This document shows, in pieces, positions 10,901 through 22,900 of a stretch of 64,000 bases of DNA. The notes below the pieces were generated by a model. It made no database searches. It saw only the letters and a list, made by a program, of their open reading frames with translations, and was not told where the DNA came from. Position 1 is the first letter of the stretch. Each line of letters starts with the position of its first letter. The stretch covers positions 2,976,001 through 3,040,000 of the forward strand of contig JAYWIR010000005.1 of the NCBI GenBank assembly GCA_036172245.1, given 5' to 3'. A program made the translations under genes and the position numbers. The stretch is from Raillietiella orientalis (lineage: Eukaryota).

Positions 10901-13900
10901 GCTTCGAATTTCGGGACCTTCTTTAACGGCTCTTCGGCAACCAATCCCGCTGTCTGAGTTTGTATTTCATGAACAGGGATCGAAACTGAGGTTTCCACGT
11001 CGGAAGAAACGGTCTTCATCGTCTGAGTGAAGACATTTTGGTCTGGGACATCTGTGCTTAAGCCCGCCTCTGCATGCTGAAGAATTGCTGTCTGCTGATC
11101 AGAATCCTGTTTGGAGGTGGCCTCCATAAACGTCTCAGCATCGCGTAACCGCAACTGAAAGGCAAATGAAATTTTTTCTTTCACTCCAGCGTTCTCGATT
11201 CCAGGAGCACCGGCGATCGCTCCACGTCAAAACAGAGACATGAGATGGAGCGAACGTTGATAAGGAAAGGACATCCATTACCTTGGCAGCCATCTCCGCT
11301 GCTTTGGCCAGTTCTTGCTGTTCACGTAGCAGCCTTGTGTGCTCTTCAGCGGCCCGTCGAGACTCCTCGGCAGCGGCCGCTGCGCTCATAATCGCTTCCA
11401 TCTCAGATTTGGCTTTCTCCAGAGCTTGTTCGATTTCCAGTTGCTCCTGGTGGGAAGATCATACGAAAATATTCCTCTTTGTAGGTCTCACCTTCGCTTT
11501 CATTTCTGTGGCAGCCTCCGCTTTCTTCCTCACCTCTTCTGCCGCTAGTGCCGCTGCACGGGCGGCGGCGACTTCTGTTTTCATGCTGTTAAGACTCTCT
11601 TCGACTTCGATTTGTTCCTAATGAATCATCTGGATTCCAATCTTCCCTGTACGTACGACTCACTTTCTCTTTTTTGGAGATGTCAGCTTCAGCGACCTTC
11701 CTAGCCTCTTCGGCTTCCTCTGCCAAAGTTCTAGCCGTGGCTGCATCCTTCCTGGCGGAATTCAAAAGCAGCTCCGCTTCTCGTTTTTCCTTAAAATGAA
11801 AATCCAGCATCAGTGTGCAAACTTGAAAACGGAAAGATCCATGATATCGATTCAGGGGGAAAGACAAATCCCACTGTCAGATTTAGAATTATGAACAATA
11901 ACTTCAAGAAAAAGAATTCTTCATTACTCCTGTGCTCCTCAAAGTTATTACCTAAAGACCATCATAAAAAATTCAAAGCTTCTCAAATGGAAGATGAAAG
12001 AAGCATGGGAAAGAAAATAGCAGAATGAGCATGCGTGTTTGCTTAGCATTTGGACCAAAAAGCAACCAATCAATGAGAAGATGGGAGTTCTTTTTAGAAC
12101 TACATTGATGGGATGAGGAGTTATCTGTAATGGAGGCAATTGCAGCATTCCGGCTGCAAAGAAGTTTAGATGACTGAGATGCACAACTTTAGTGCATGTG
12201 GCAGGTGAGGACCAACTGAAAAGGCTCAGCGAAGGACACTTGATCCCAAAGAAACAAGGGCGATTTCGGTTGCAGCAAGAAGCGAGTACAGAAGTGGAGA
12301 TGTACCAGAAAAGCAGCAGCAAACAGACCCTACTCTCTAATCAGGAAATGATCATATGAGACCAGAAATTAATAGGGCATCAAAGGCAGCCAGGATGCCT
12401 GGAGTCTGAGGCTACTAGGGTGCCCACATCACATCGGAAATGAACCTGAAATTTGTCTTCTGAAGCTGACCGCGCCAACGCACTTAGCATTCGTGATTCC
12501 AAAAGAATCTTTTCACCTTTTCCAGCCTGTCTCTCTCTTCTTGCAATGACTGCATGTTTGTAATTAACGACAAGAGCTCCTGGTGCATCGTGTGAAAAGA
12601 TTCGATCATTTCCTTGTTTTGCTGCCTTATTCCCTGAACCTCGTGGACCTTGTTGGTTCCAGCTGGACATCACCGTTGCTCAGATCTGCTCGCATTCAGA
12701 ATGTGCTTACCATTTCTGAGTTGCTCCGAAAGTGCTTCAATGGCCGCCAACCTCTGATTTTGTGCTTCGTTCCCTTCACTAATAAAGTTATTGAGTTCTT
12801 GCAGAAGTTCTTTGGCCTCTGAAGTGGTTTTGCATGTGGGGGACCTTCTTGCTACTTTGATCAGCATTTTGCTTCCCTCACGTAACCAGTGCTCCGCCTG
12901 TTCGATGTCTTTTATCGAACACTGTAAAGTCCTCTTACTTTATTTAGCTGTTCAAAGAAGTCAACAGAGGTGTTGGCGAAATCTCTGGATTCCTTAATTT
13001 GCTTTTCCAAGGAGGAGTATTTGTTATTTAGTTCTGCCACCTGTTTCTGGACAGGAGAATGAGAGTCATCTTGTCCGGTCGGCAATCTCTGAACTCTGCT
13101 TGTCAGCTGTTGAATTGATGCCCCCGCATTCTGCAAACAAAGAGCTGAGGGTTAATTTAGGATGATAGATTTTTAAAGAACAGAAGGACAGCATTTCTCT
13201 TGGAATGGATGCAGGATTTCCCAGAAATGCCCCAAATTACCGAAAGTTTGCTATCGAGACTATCGATAGCTGTGGAAACAGCGCGGGACGTTGCCAAAGA
13301 ATCTCCATATTGAGTGCGGATGTTGAAGAGATGGTTGGAAATATCTTGTAGGGTCTTTCCAAGTTCTTTGGACTGCAAGTCAAGTTCTGAGACTTGAAGC
13401 CTATCTTTGATGCATCTTTCCAAGGATTCAGTTTCTTTCATCCAGCTTTGGTGTGTTTCATTCCATAATCTTTGCATCTTGTTGATGTCCTGCTGCGCCG
13501 CTTGAGGAGGTTCCTTTGAACAAGATACTCAGCATAGCGAAAAAAAGTGCGAAGCATTGATCTCATGATGTTTTTAACGTGAACGTTGCCCAAGGAAAAT
13601 TTAGCTTTTAAATGGAGTCGATGAAGAAAATTTCAGACCTGCTGTTTCAGTTTCCTAATGATGTTTTCCAGCTTCTCTTGCTCTTTCGAGAAGTGTCTCT
13701 TCCAGTTTGTTTTCTCACTTTCATTCATTTTCAGAACGGATTCTGACACCACGGAGCTCTCAGATACTTCGAGGGATCTTTCCTTTATTTTTCTCACAAT
13801 TTCCTTCATCTGAAACACGCATTTTTTTAAACCATCTTCGCGGGAAGCTTCTTACCTCGCTGATGCTTCTAACACCATTCTGAAGGCTCTCGGATACATC

Positions 13901-16900
13901 CTTATAATTGAGTATTTGCATTTGAAAATCTTCTAGGCACGATGCAACTTCGTTGATGTGCTCCTTGCATCTGTCCTCCATGTAGCCTTTGGAATCTACA
14001 GATCGCATGGGAGATAATGACCTAAGAATCCAAGCGATTTTTTTTTCTAAATGCTACCTTTTTCCAGCAACTGTTTCGCATTCCTCAAATGAGACTGAAA
14101 CTCAGAAACCAGCTGGCTGGAGGCACTGGTGATGCTTTGCAGCAATTGGTTTAGCTCTCTCAGAATCGAGTCGCTTTCCTCCGATTTTATTTGTTTTGTT
14201 AGGGGGTACATTCCATCTTTCATCTCTCCTTCTTTTCTTCTCAGCTAGAAAACAAATACGGAAGGATACAACGGGCCGGTTTCGATCTGCTGCTTCTTTC
14301 GAAATCGAACCGTAAGCACTCTCAGATGGCGGTTCCATGGGAAAAAATCTCCTGGATACAATCATTTTGGTACTCGTTATTGTAACCCTATAATTCTGTC
14401 GGCCTGTTGCGAAGCAAACTGATGTATTCCGAACATTCCGTCGCATGAGGGTCGCATCCCCAAATCATTTCCGATAACTCTAAGGAAATTCTCGTTGCTC
14501 ATGTGAACACCAACTCAACTACTATGGATAAAAGCTGTAAGAAGATGACTGGAATGCAGTGGTTAAAAATGAGGAATCGCAACGGTTTCGTCGTCTTTTT
14601 TTGTAAAGTAAATTCAACATTGGCAATAAAGATGAAAAGTGTTCTTTTAGGCATGACTGTTCTGTCCAAAAAACTGAAGTCCAAACTGACTTTTTTGCTG
14701 AGACAGATTCTTCGCATCCCTGGTTGTATCAGAAAATGCCGAAGGAAAAATCTTTGACAGCAGAATGAGCAAAAGTTCTCTATGACTTATCACGAAAGAG
14801 ATTCTGGGAAGCTTTCTTTCAGCTTTTCCATTTGACTCCTTTTCGTCCAATATCACTTCACGAGAAAGAAGTGGGCACAACGGGAACACTCCTTAAATAG
14901 AAGCAAAGAAGTGGATCTTCTGAATAAACAAGGAAATTCAATTCCTCGTATCAGAAAATTCGAACCCATCCAGTTTTAAGCATCTTACACTAGTCTTCCG
15001 GAGAGCACCGGAGACCGATTCTTCTGGAGCAAGCGTTCTGGCTGAAGAACCCCATCTCGACTTTATTTCATTGGATGATTTCAGTATCGCCACCAAAACC
15101 ACTGCTTCTTAAATCTCCAAAGCAGACTGTTTTAACACATGACGATGCTTTCCTATGAGCTGCTACAGCTCTAAGAGTGCACGGACCCAGAATTAGCTTG
15201 TGCAAGCCAATCCGAGTTTGCTTGTTTCCATTTTTTTTTTTTTCTCTGCTGCAGCATCAAAGAGTTGAGACCAAGGAAAGAATAGATACGTCCGCTTGCT
15301 TGAAGCATCTGTCGAATACCGAAGAAAAACTTGTAAGTTCCAAACTGCACATCTGTGGCTTCTCACGAAATGAAATCGAAAGGCTAAATGAGATTCCAGC
15401 TGAGAATTTCGATTCGCCCTTATTTACAAAAGAGAATTTCATCGCACAGCAATTGATGAGAACTGAACGCCATCCGTAGCAGAAAAGGCATTGCCACCAT
15501 TTTCAAGAATTCCTGCAAATATCACTGGGATTGTTTTCTTTTAGAAGGTCACGGAAAGTTTTGCTGCTATCGAGGAGGGTTGGGTTCACTTTCTAGAAAG
15601 CCTTGCTCCTTCCTTGAGTCTTTCATGCTGCTGAAATCTGCTCTGAGGCGCAAGAGGTGCCATTTCTTGTCGAATACAGATCTTGCGTCAAAGGTGCCAT
15701 CACGTGGTGCTCCAGAAAACTGATATCGGGATAATTTGCGCTGCTGAGGAATAAACGTCAGCAAAGCACATCGAAATTGTGCTGATAAGAAGATTCCGCA
15801 CGGAATATCCGTGGAAATGCAATCACAGCATCCTGAAATCACTGCCCTGCCTACCGGGAAGCCCTTGTTATTCACTCGTTCGTCAGCTACCGCGGAGGCC
15901 ACGATGGCTCTGCGAGCGGATTGGAATCTTGAGGCGAACATGTAAGAAAAGGTGAATCCAAGAGCAATGTTAGGTGAGTTAGACGTCAATATTCAAGTGT
16001 CACTTAATGACGATTAAAGACTTGCATGAGGCTCCCCCAAGGCAAGTTTTCTGGGACTTGAAACGATCGTACTTGCAGCAGAAAAGGACTTCCACATGAT
16101 CCGAACAAGGAAGAAATAGACAAACTGTTAAGGAATCGTACAAAATATTGCGACCAATCTACGGATGGAGCTATCGTTACCGAGAAACCAGGCACTTGAG
16201 AGCTGCAGACATTTGCCTTTCGAAAGAAATGCTTTGTTCGTAAACTGTTATGCACCCGCAGAGATTCACATGGTGGCATCTGAAAGACCCGAAGACTACG
16301 CGCTGTCATAGCTGACTTTGATCTGAGAAAAAAACCACATCGCGAGTTCCGGACAGTCAATACCGAACGATTGATCCATAAGAACAGACTTGCAGTTTGA
16401 TTCGCTGAGACTTTTTCCATTTTACCCTAAAGAAGAGATTGGTGGGCCTTCCCGTGTGGTCATAAAGGACTCGTCGGAAAGTTGACTTTTTCGTTCAGGC
16501 ATTGCGTTAGAAGACTTACCTCTTCCCATTCTGATAGCAGTCTTTTCCATTGGGTTTGCACTTCCTTCTTTTGCTGCTTCTCTCGATCGATTGCGGCTTG
16601 CCTCTCCTTTAAGTCCATCTTATAAGCGATCCTATCTTCGATAATTGATTTAACTCGTCTCCGGCAATCTTTCACCTCCAAATAGGGATCTACCTCCTTC
16701 GATAGCTCTGGGATGTTATTTACCTTTCTTACGATCTGTTTCCTACCTTTTCGCTTTCTGCAAAGAAATTGTGCGCTGCACTTTCCAGGTGCGCAAAGCT
16801 GTTTTCCATTCTCTGCCATTCCCTGCTCAACTCATCCTCCCCAAGTGTGACGTCGGCATCTGTCAAGTGAGCTTGCATTCGCTTGACTTTTTCGTCGTAC

Positions 16901-19900
16901 TCGTTCAGGACGTGGAAGAAATCGGCGTAGCACGTGGACATCTGGATCCTCGCTTGCAAGGCTGCTTCCAGTGCCCTCAGATGCTGCGTCAGTTCTTGTA
17001 TCCTTGACCGCAGTTCCTCCTGCTCCTCCTGGGCCTCCATGTCCACCGAGGACAGCGCATGCCCGAAATTCGTAATCGTAGCCTCTTTCGTCTGAATGGA
17101 CGTAGGACTTTCAGTTGTGGTGCTTCTTCGTACCTTCAGTTCGTTTTCCATCTGCTTGTGCAGGTTCGTGAACTCCAAGACCTCCTTCAGCGTTTTTCCC
17201 ATGTCCTTGTATTGGTGAAGAAATTCGTCGCCGATGCGGACCATCCACCTTTCTTCCTCGGACAGATCGGAGATCAGCTGCTGGACTTGCTTCCTCTGCC
17301 TCGTTGCTTCCTCTTTGTGCACAAAGCACATGTTCTTGATCTCGTTGTAACGCCTCTTCAGCGTGGCCAGGTTTTGGCGTATGCCCTGCTCGCAAGACAT
17401 CGGTACCTGAGTTGCGAGGGATGATATCTCTCATCTTACTTCCAATCCTGATGGTTCCAGAGAGTTGAGTAATTCCTGACCTTGCTCGATCACAGGGAGA
17501 ACGGAAAGATCACAGGCTTGCTCCATCTGTTGGTGCAGCTTACTTAGCTGCTGGACCGATAAGTTGCTTTCCTTCAGTTGTACTTCCATATGGTCCATTT
17601 TGGAAGATGCCTGAAAATGAACTAAAATGGCAGTAGAAGGAATTTTCCTACCATTCTGGAATTCGTGTAGTAATTGATAGCTGTTAGAAGGTGTTTCCGT
17701 CGAGACTCCACTTCTCTAGAGAGATCATCGATCTGCTCAAGCACTCTCATGACTCTTCTGCATGATCCATCTTCAGTGAAGGGAGTCTTCTGGCGGAACT
17801 CTTCTGCAGTTTTCAAAATAGAACGTGCTTTCTTGGAAACATCCTTAAACGAGGGCAACTGATTAGAAATCAAAGAACTGAGAGAATGCATCTTTGTCTC
17901 GAAGAATGAAATTGTAATCTCATGGAAGTGGGAGATGCGTACGAGAGCGCAAACTCGTCATAGCATTTCTTAGCAAAGCTCTTCACCGATACAGGTCGCC
18001 GAAAGAGAGAGACTTTTCTGGGTGAATCTCAACAGCTCGTATTCTTATAAATTTTGTAGGTTGAGTGTGCCACTCCAAAAAGCCTCTTTAAAAAAAAGTG
18101 AAGTTTTGTCGTTGCTCTTTAAATTGGATATGAAAAGCCGTTTTACCAAAGAGTTTCCATTCGCGATACGCGTTAAGAAGGTGATTAATGGTTAGCGATT
18201 CTTGAAGAGCCAAGAGTTCCTTCCAAGATGAAAGCGCTTGCTTTGTGAGCGTTCATTGATAAAAGAAGGGAATTTATTGAGAAAGAGAAAAATTTGCCGA
18301 TTTGCATGTGACTTACTTCGATTTCAATCTCGGACTTGCCGAGATCGTGAAGGATGTTTTCTGCATCTTCCTTGGAAACTCCATAGTTGAACTTCTTAAG
18401 GAATTCGTTTCCTTTGGTAGCAACCCAGTTTTCTATCCCTTCAATGTCTTGGTGAAGCCGATAGAGGGCAGCAGCGTGCTCAAGGAAACTTTTCCTGCGC
18501 ATCCACATTCGTTCCAAAGACTTACGCCTATCGTGGATTTCCTCAAGCCATGACTGCACCAAACTGCACGCTGGAAGATACTCTTAGCTTGTTGCTTCAA
18601 ACTGGTCTCCTTACCTTTCTCTACAGAAGGTAGAAGATTCTGTGGCCGCGAATCTACGGTCCCTAATTTCTTCAGCTTGTCAAGTTTCGTCAGCAGCCCT
18701 TGACCCTCTTGAAGTGCACGCAGCAGAATTACTAGTACCTTCCTCTTCAGATCATTGATTCGACCCAGGGCTTCATTGATCATCTCCATGTCCGAAGGCA
18801 AGGATTCTCTTTGCAGCTCCTTCTGAGCGACCCTCATCAAATCATCGAATTGCTGTTTTTCTCTAAAAGTATTGCAAGAGAGATTATGGGTTACTCAACC
18901 ACATAGCAATTGAAAAATGTTTCCTTCCAGATTCATCTGATTGATTTTTGTGTTTTTGTTTACAATTACCAATCTTTAATTGTTCTTGTTATCTGTTTTT
19001 GCTAGAGAGCGATGACGGATGGTTACCATGGTAATGTCCTATTTCCGTTTTCGATCTTCTCAATAAAAACGTACAAGTTCCGTTTCCAGAATAATAGGTA
19101 CAACTTGGAGACTCTGAGGAAGTCGTCTTGGTGGTCTGTGGCTTATTTTCTCCGTTTTCGAGATGGTTGCAGCACTCTTCTGGGTCTCCATATGCTGGAT
19201 GGGGTTCTTGCCTTCTCTCTTCATCCGACGATCCTCCGTGAGTGCATGAGTCTCTTGGCTTGCCATTCCTTGCTTTGGGGAGTGTCCTGCAAGCATCTCT
19301 GGATTGTTCGCTTCCCATCTTGAATCCGCCCTCTGCGCAAAAGTCCTGTCCGATCTCTGAACCGGTTCGGGCATGACCCCCCTGGTTCCCGGATTTGGTT
19401 GAATCCTGACAGAACGTCTTTCGAGATTTCACGCGAATACGAGTTTCGTTAGGAAGGTGGTGCTCGGATCTCGAGAGATCTTCGTCAGACGCTTTCACTC
19501 TAATCACCTCGTTGACGTGGTCGTCCTTCCCTCGGGGGCAAAATCTTCCTCATGCTCAGAATCGCCTGACTTGGGGATACTCGATGCCACTTGAGGAGAT
19601 TCGAGATGCTCTCGTGGTGGTGCGAACCAAACGATCATCAAAAGGCTCATAACGCTTTCTGCCCATTCTTTGTTATTTGGAAACCAACAGCCCATAGTAG
19701 AGGATTCCAGCTACCGAGAGGCCCACGCTCCCATTCTAATGAATGGTTGTGTCCATATCGATGAAATGTACAGTTAGGGTGTGTTCATCACCGCAGCACA
19801 TCGAATCACAAAGGAACCACTTTAGCCGCCGCTGCATAATATGTGAAGCTTTCCATAACATTTTCCTCCCAAGTAAAATTGCCATTCCAAAAGGTATTGC

Positions 19901-22900
19901 TCGTAGGAACAAGAAGCGATTTCTTCCTGGGCCACTTGAATGAGAAAGCAAAAATCGCCATCCTAGATCTGGGTGTACGGATCAACTTCCAGAGCTGCTT
20001 CCTGTCATCTGTGACAGGATCTGTGACACGGCATTGGATCTTCAATCTGTGTGCTTAACTTTCCTTGACAGGGATGACGTTCTTCCAGAGCTGCAAACAC
20101 CGAGCGGTTGTAGGGGTATCGGAAACTCCTGGAGAATATCAATGTCGTTCGCAGTTTCTAAATTTGCATTGTGGTTGTCGTGAAAGAGGCATTTTCATGA
20201 TGTGAATGTGAATCCCATACAACTATAAGAAGCACAGATTTGCGACCAAGAAAAAGGATAACCTACTCCACAATAATGGGGAATCGTCAACCTCTTTAAA
20301 TGAAAGTCTAAACCCTCTAAAAAACGGTTGCACTTCATCATAGACTCTTTTATCAAATGATAGTATTCATCCAAGGATCTTTATGTGAAAGAAAAGAACC
20401 TGCGGACCTATTTTGATATTGGGCTTCTTCTTAGACTTGAGGAGCACTTGAAACAACACGACTTGCGGTCGTGTGTTTACCACATGTCTCTATTCAAATA
20501 TTCGTGTTGGATTGTGAAGCAAACCGCGCAGCTCCGCATTATCTGTGGTTTTCCGATACTCTCAGAGGCTGTTGATGCGGCAGCTCTTGTTTTCGAAAAC
20601 TTCCTTCTTTATCTGATCATTTTTAATTTCCCTGTGCTTCACTTCTTTATATCCCATCATGGCCACGTAGCGTGCCTCGTTGGATGCAGTGCACTTTGAA
20701 AACCCGGCTCCTCTGCAAGTGCCTTGGGCTCTGAGAAATGCTCCATCTCTCCCGATCGGCACCACCGCCAAGTTCACTGTACTGTTCGCAGATATCCTCT
20801 CGAGCTGCTCTTCCTAAGAGGAATTTGCATTTGTTTCCTCTCCTGGAAAATCCACTGAACTGATGCATTCTCCTTCCCTTTTTTTTTCCTACCACGCTGC
20901 TGCCTATTTTCAGCGAGAGGTGCTGCTCTTTCGAGGGTGTTGATCATTGCCTGGAGTTTTCCCAATGCTTCATGAACCTTCTGCTTTGAAAATCCCCTCG
21001 GTCTAAGTCGCCGCACTAGAAAACTCCACAACTCCACAGCTGCTTCCACAACCGTGTTTTCGGAAGCATTGCCAAGCCTTGTCGATTGAAGTGGTTCTTT
21101 CCGAAATTTATGACCTCTCAGCATCAATGCACTGCGGCAGTAAAATCTGCATATCGTGATATAAACGAAATCGAACCGTGCCAACAGCAATGCCGACGGA
21201 CGTCGCCTATCACGCGCCGTGTGGAAGAACTCACTTTACAAAACGTGAGCGAGCATAAATCTTCTCCTGGAGTGAAAGTGCTTTTGTCAAGTGCCCAGAT
21301 TGTTTTTCGTCCATCTCTCGCACGGATCCAGAGCGATGCTCTCCGGCGAAAATTCAATCGCCCCTCTCGAACGAGATCGTTCTTTCTTTCGGGCTGCCGA
21401 CAGTTCCGTGCGCCCCTATCTGACCCACAATTCCTTCCATTAAAAAGACAGCGCGTTGATTTGAATCGGAGTGCTCGACCTGCTTGGCCTACATGAAACT
21501 GTGAGCGAATTTCTCACAGCCGCTTTGCAGCTTCAGCTGCTTTTACTTTCAATTGCTCAGATGAGGTTACCATGGCAGAGGCGCTCCCCTGTTGAGAGTG
21601 CACAATTTCCAGCATTACGATTGCTTATGTGGTAGACGAAAGCTTGTCTTAGCATCCCCTTTATATACACTTGTACTTGCTGGCTGTGAAATTGTGTAAT
21701 GTCAGAGTCCTTTGAAAAGGAATTCCTAAAGTAATTGATTTAGGACTTCGGACAACTTGAAGGACCCAACTGGAATGAATATTTCAAGTAGCCTAAATTC
21801 GTAAATCGAGGAAACACCCTTGGCAGAATTCTTTCGGATTTGGTCCGAAAACCTTCGCAGCTTTTCCTCCTCCACCCACTTCGATTGAGGTACATTGTAT
21901 TCCGAGGTACTTTTACACTGCAGACTTCACGTTTTCGAGATGGGTAGTTACCCAGGAAAAGAATCAGACTTAAGACAAGTGGAAACGCATCAGGTTGTTT
22001 CCCACGTATTCAGCACTATTGGAGATCCTCATGAAACTGGGATAAGCAGAGAAACAGAATAAATTAGGGAAACAGATGTGACTTCCCCCGCCTTGGAAAC
22101 AAAGTGGTAAGTTCCGTTGTTTTCCGGCCAACTCCAGAAAATGCTCATTACTTACGTCCTCCGGTAATCATTGCCTCTTCCCCCCCCTCTAAACCAGTTC
22201 TTCAGGTAGCCAATGAAAATTATGGTGGAACGAATCGACTCGACTTGAAAAGAATTAATTGGAATAGACTCAGCTTCCTGGGAACAGATTGTGCGTACTG
22301 GCGAGTTCTACCCTGCATATGGTCCAGCTTGCCTAAGTGTGCCATGTAGAAGACCCATATTCTATGGCTAAAGTTACTAGAGGAACCCACATTCCATTCT
22401 AGAAAAACAGAGTGCGTGTCGCTTGGATCCCACTAGAAACCACTCCAAACGTCAAGTCGCATCCTGTGAAAAATCTGCTAAAACTTATCTTTAAAAAATG
22501 ATTTCTGTTGAAAGAAATGCAATGCTTTCGTGACGTATTGAAATCCTGAAGACACCATCAAGACTTTTCCAGGAGTAATATGGAAAAAAGAGCGAAGGAT
22601 TCCGGATAGCCAATGATGCAAATTTGTTGATTACAGATAAAACAGAGATGAGAAAAAGGTTCTGTTTTTAAAGACGTGGAATCTTAAATAAAACCAATTA
22701 AAAAAAAAACGCACGAATGGAGACTTCACATGTTGATACCTATCTATAAAGAAGAACACTTTTTTTTTTAAAGAAAAAATGCATTGCTTCAAACTGTCAA
22801 CCCTTTTAAACTGTACTATAAACTTAAGAATACAATTTCTGAACACTAGTAACTATACTATTAGCTTGTATACTTTTATACAGAAGGGAGCCTATTAAAA

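Noticed and set aside
10084..11028. 69-nt periodicity as a CRISPR array or DNA satellite
   Set aside because: The repeat is conserved at the protein level inside an open exon; there are no identical DNA repeats and no cas genes.
14021..14023. cttag acceptor for exon 12
   Set aside because: Wrong phase (runs into TAG); the acceptor at 13995 keeps the frame.
14058..14094. Apparent 37-nt micro-exon after tttcag
   Set aside because: The frame is open further upstream to a better acceptor at 14244, which supplies the missing helical segment.
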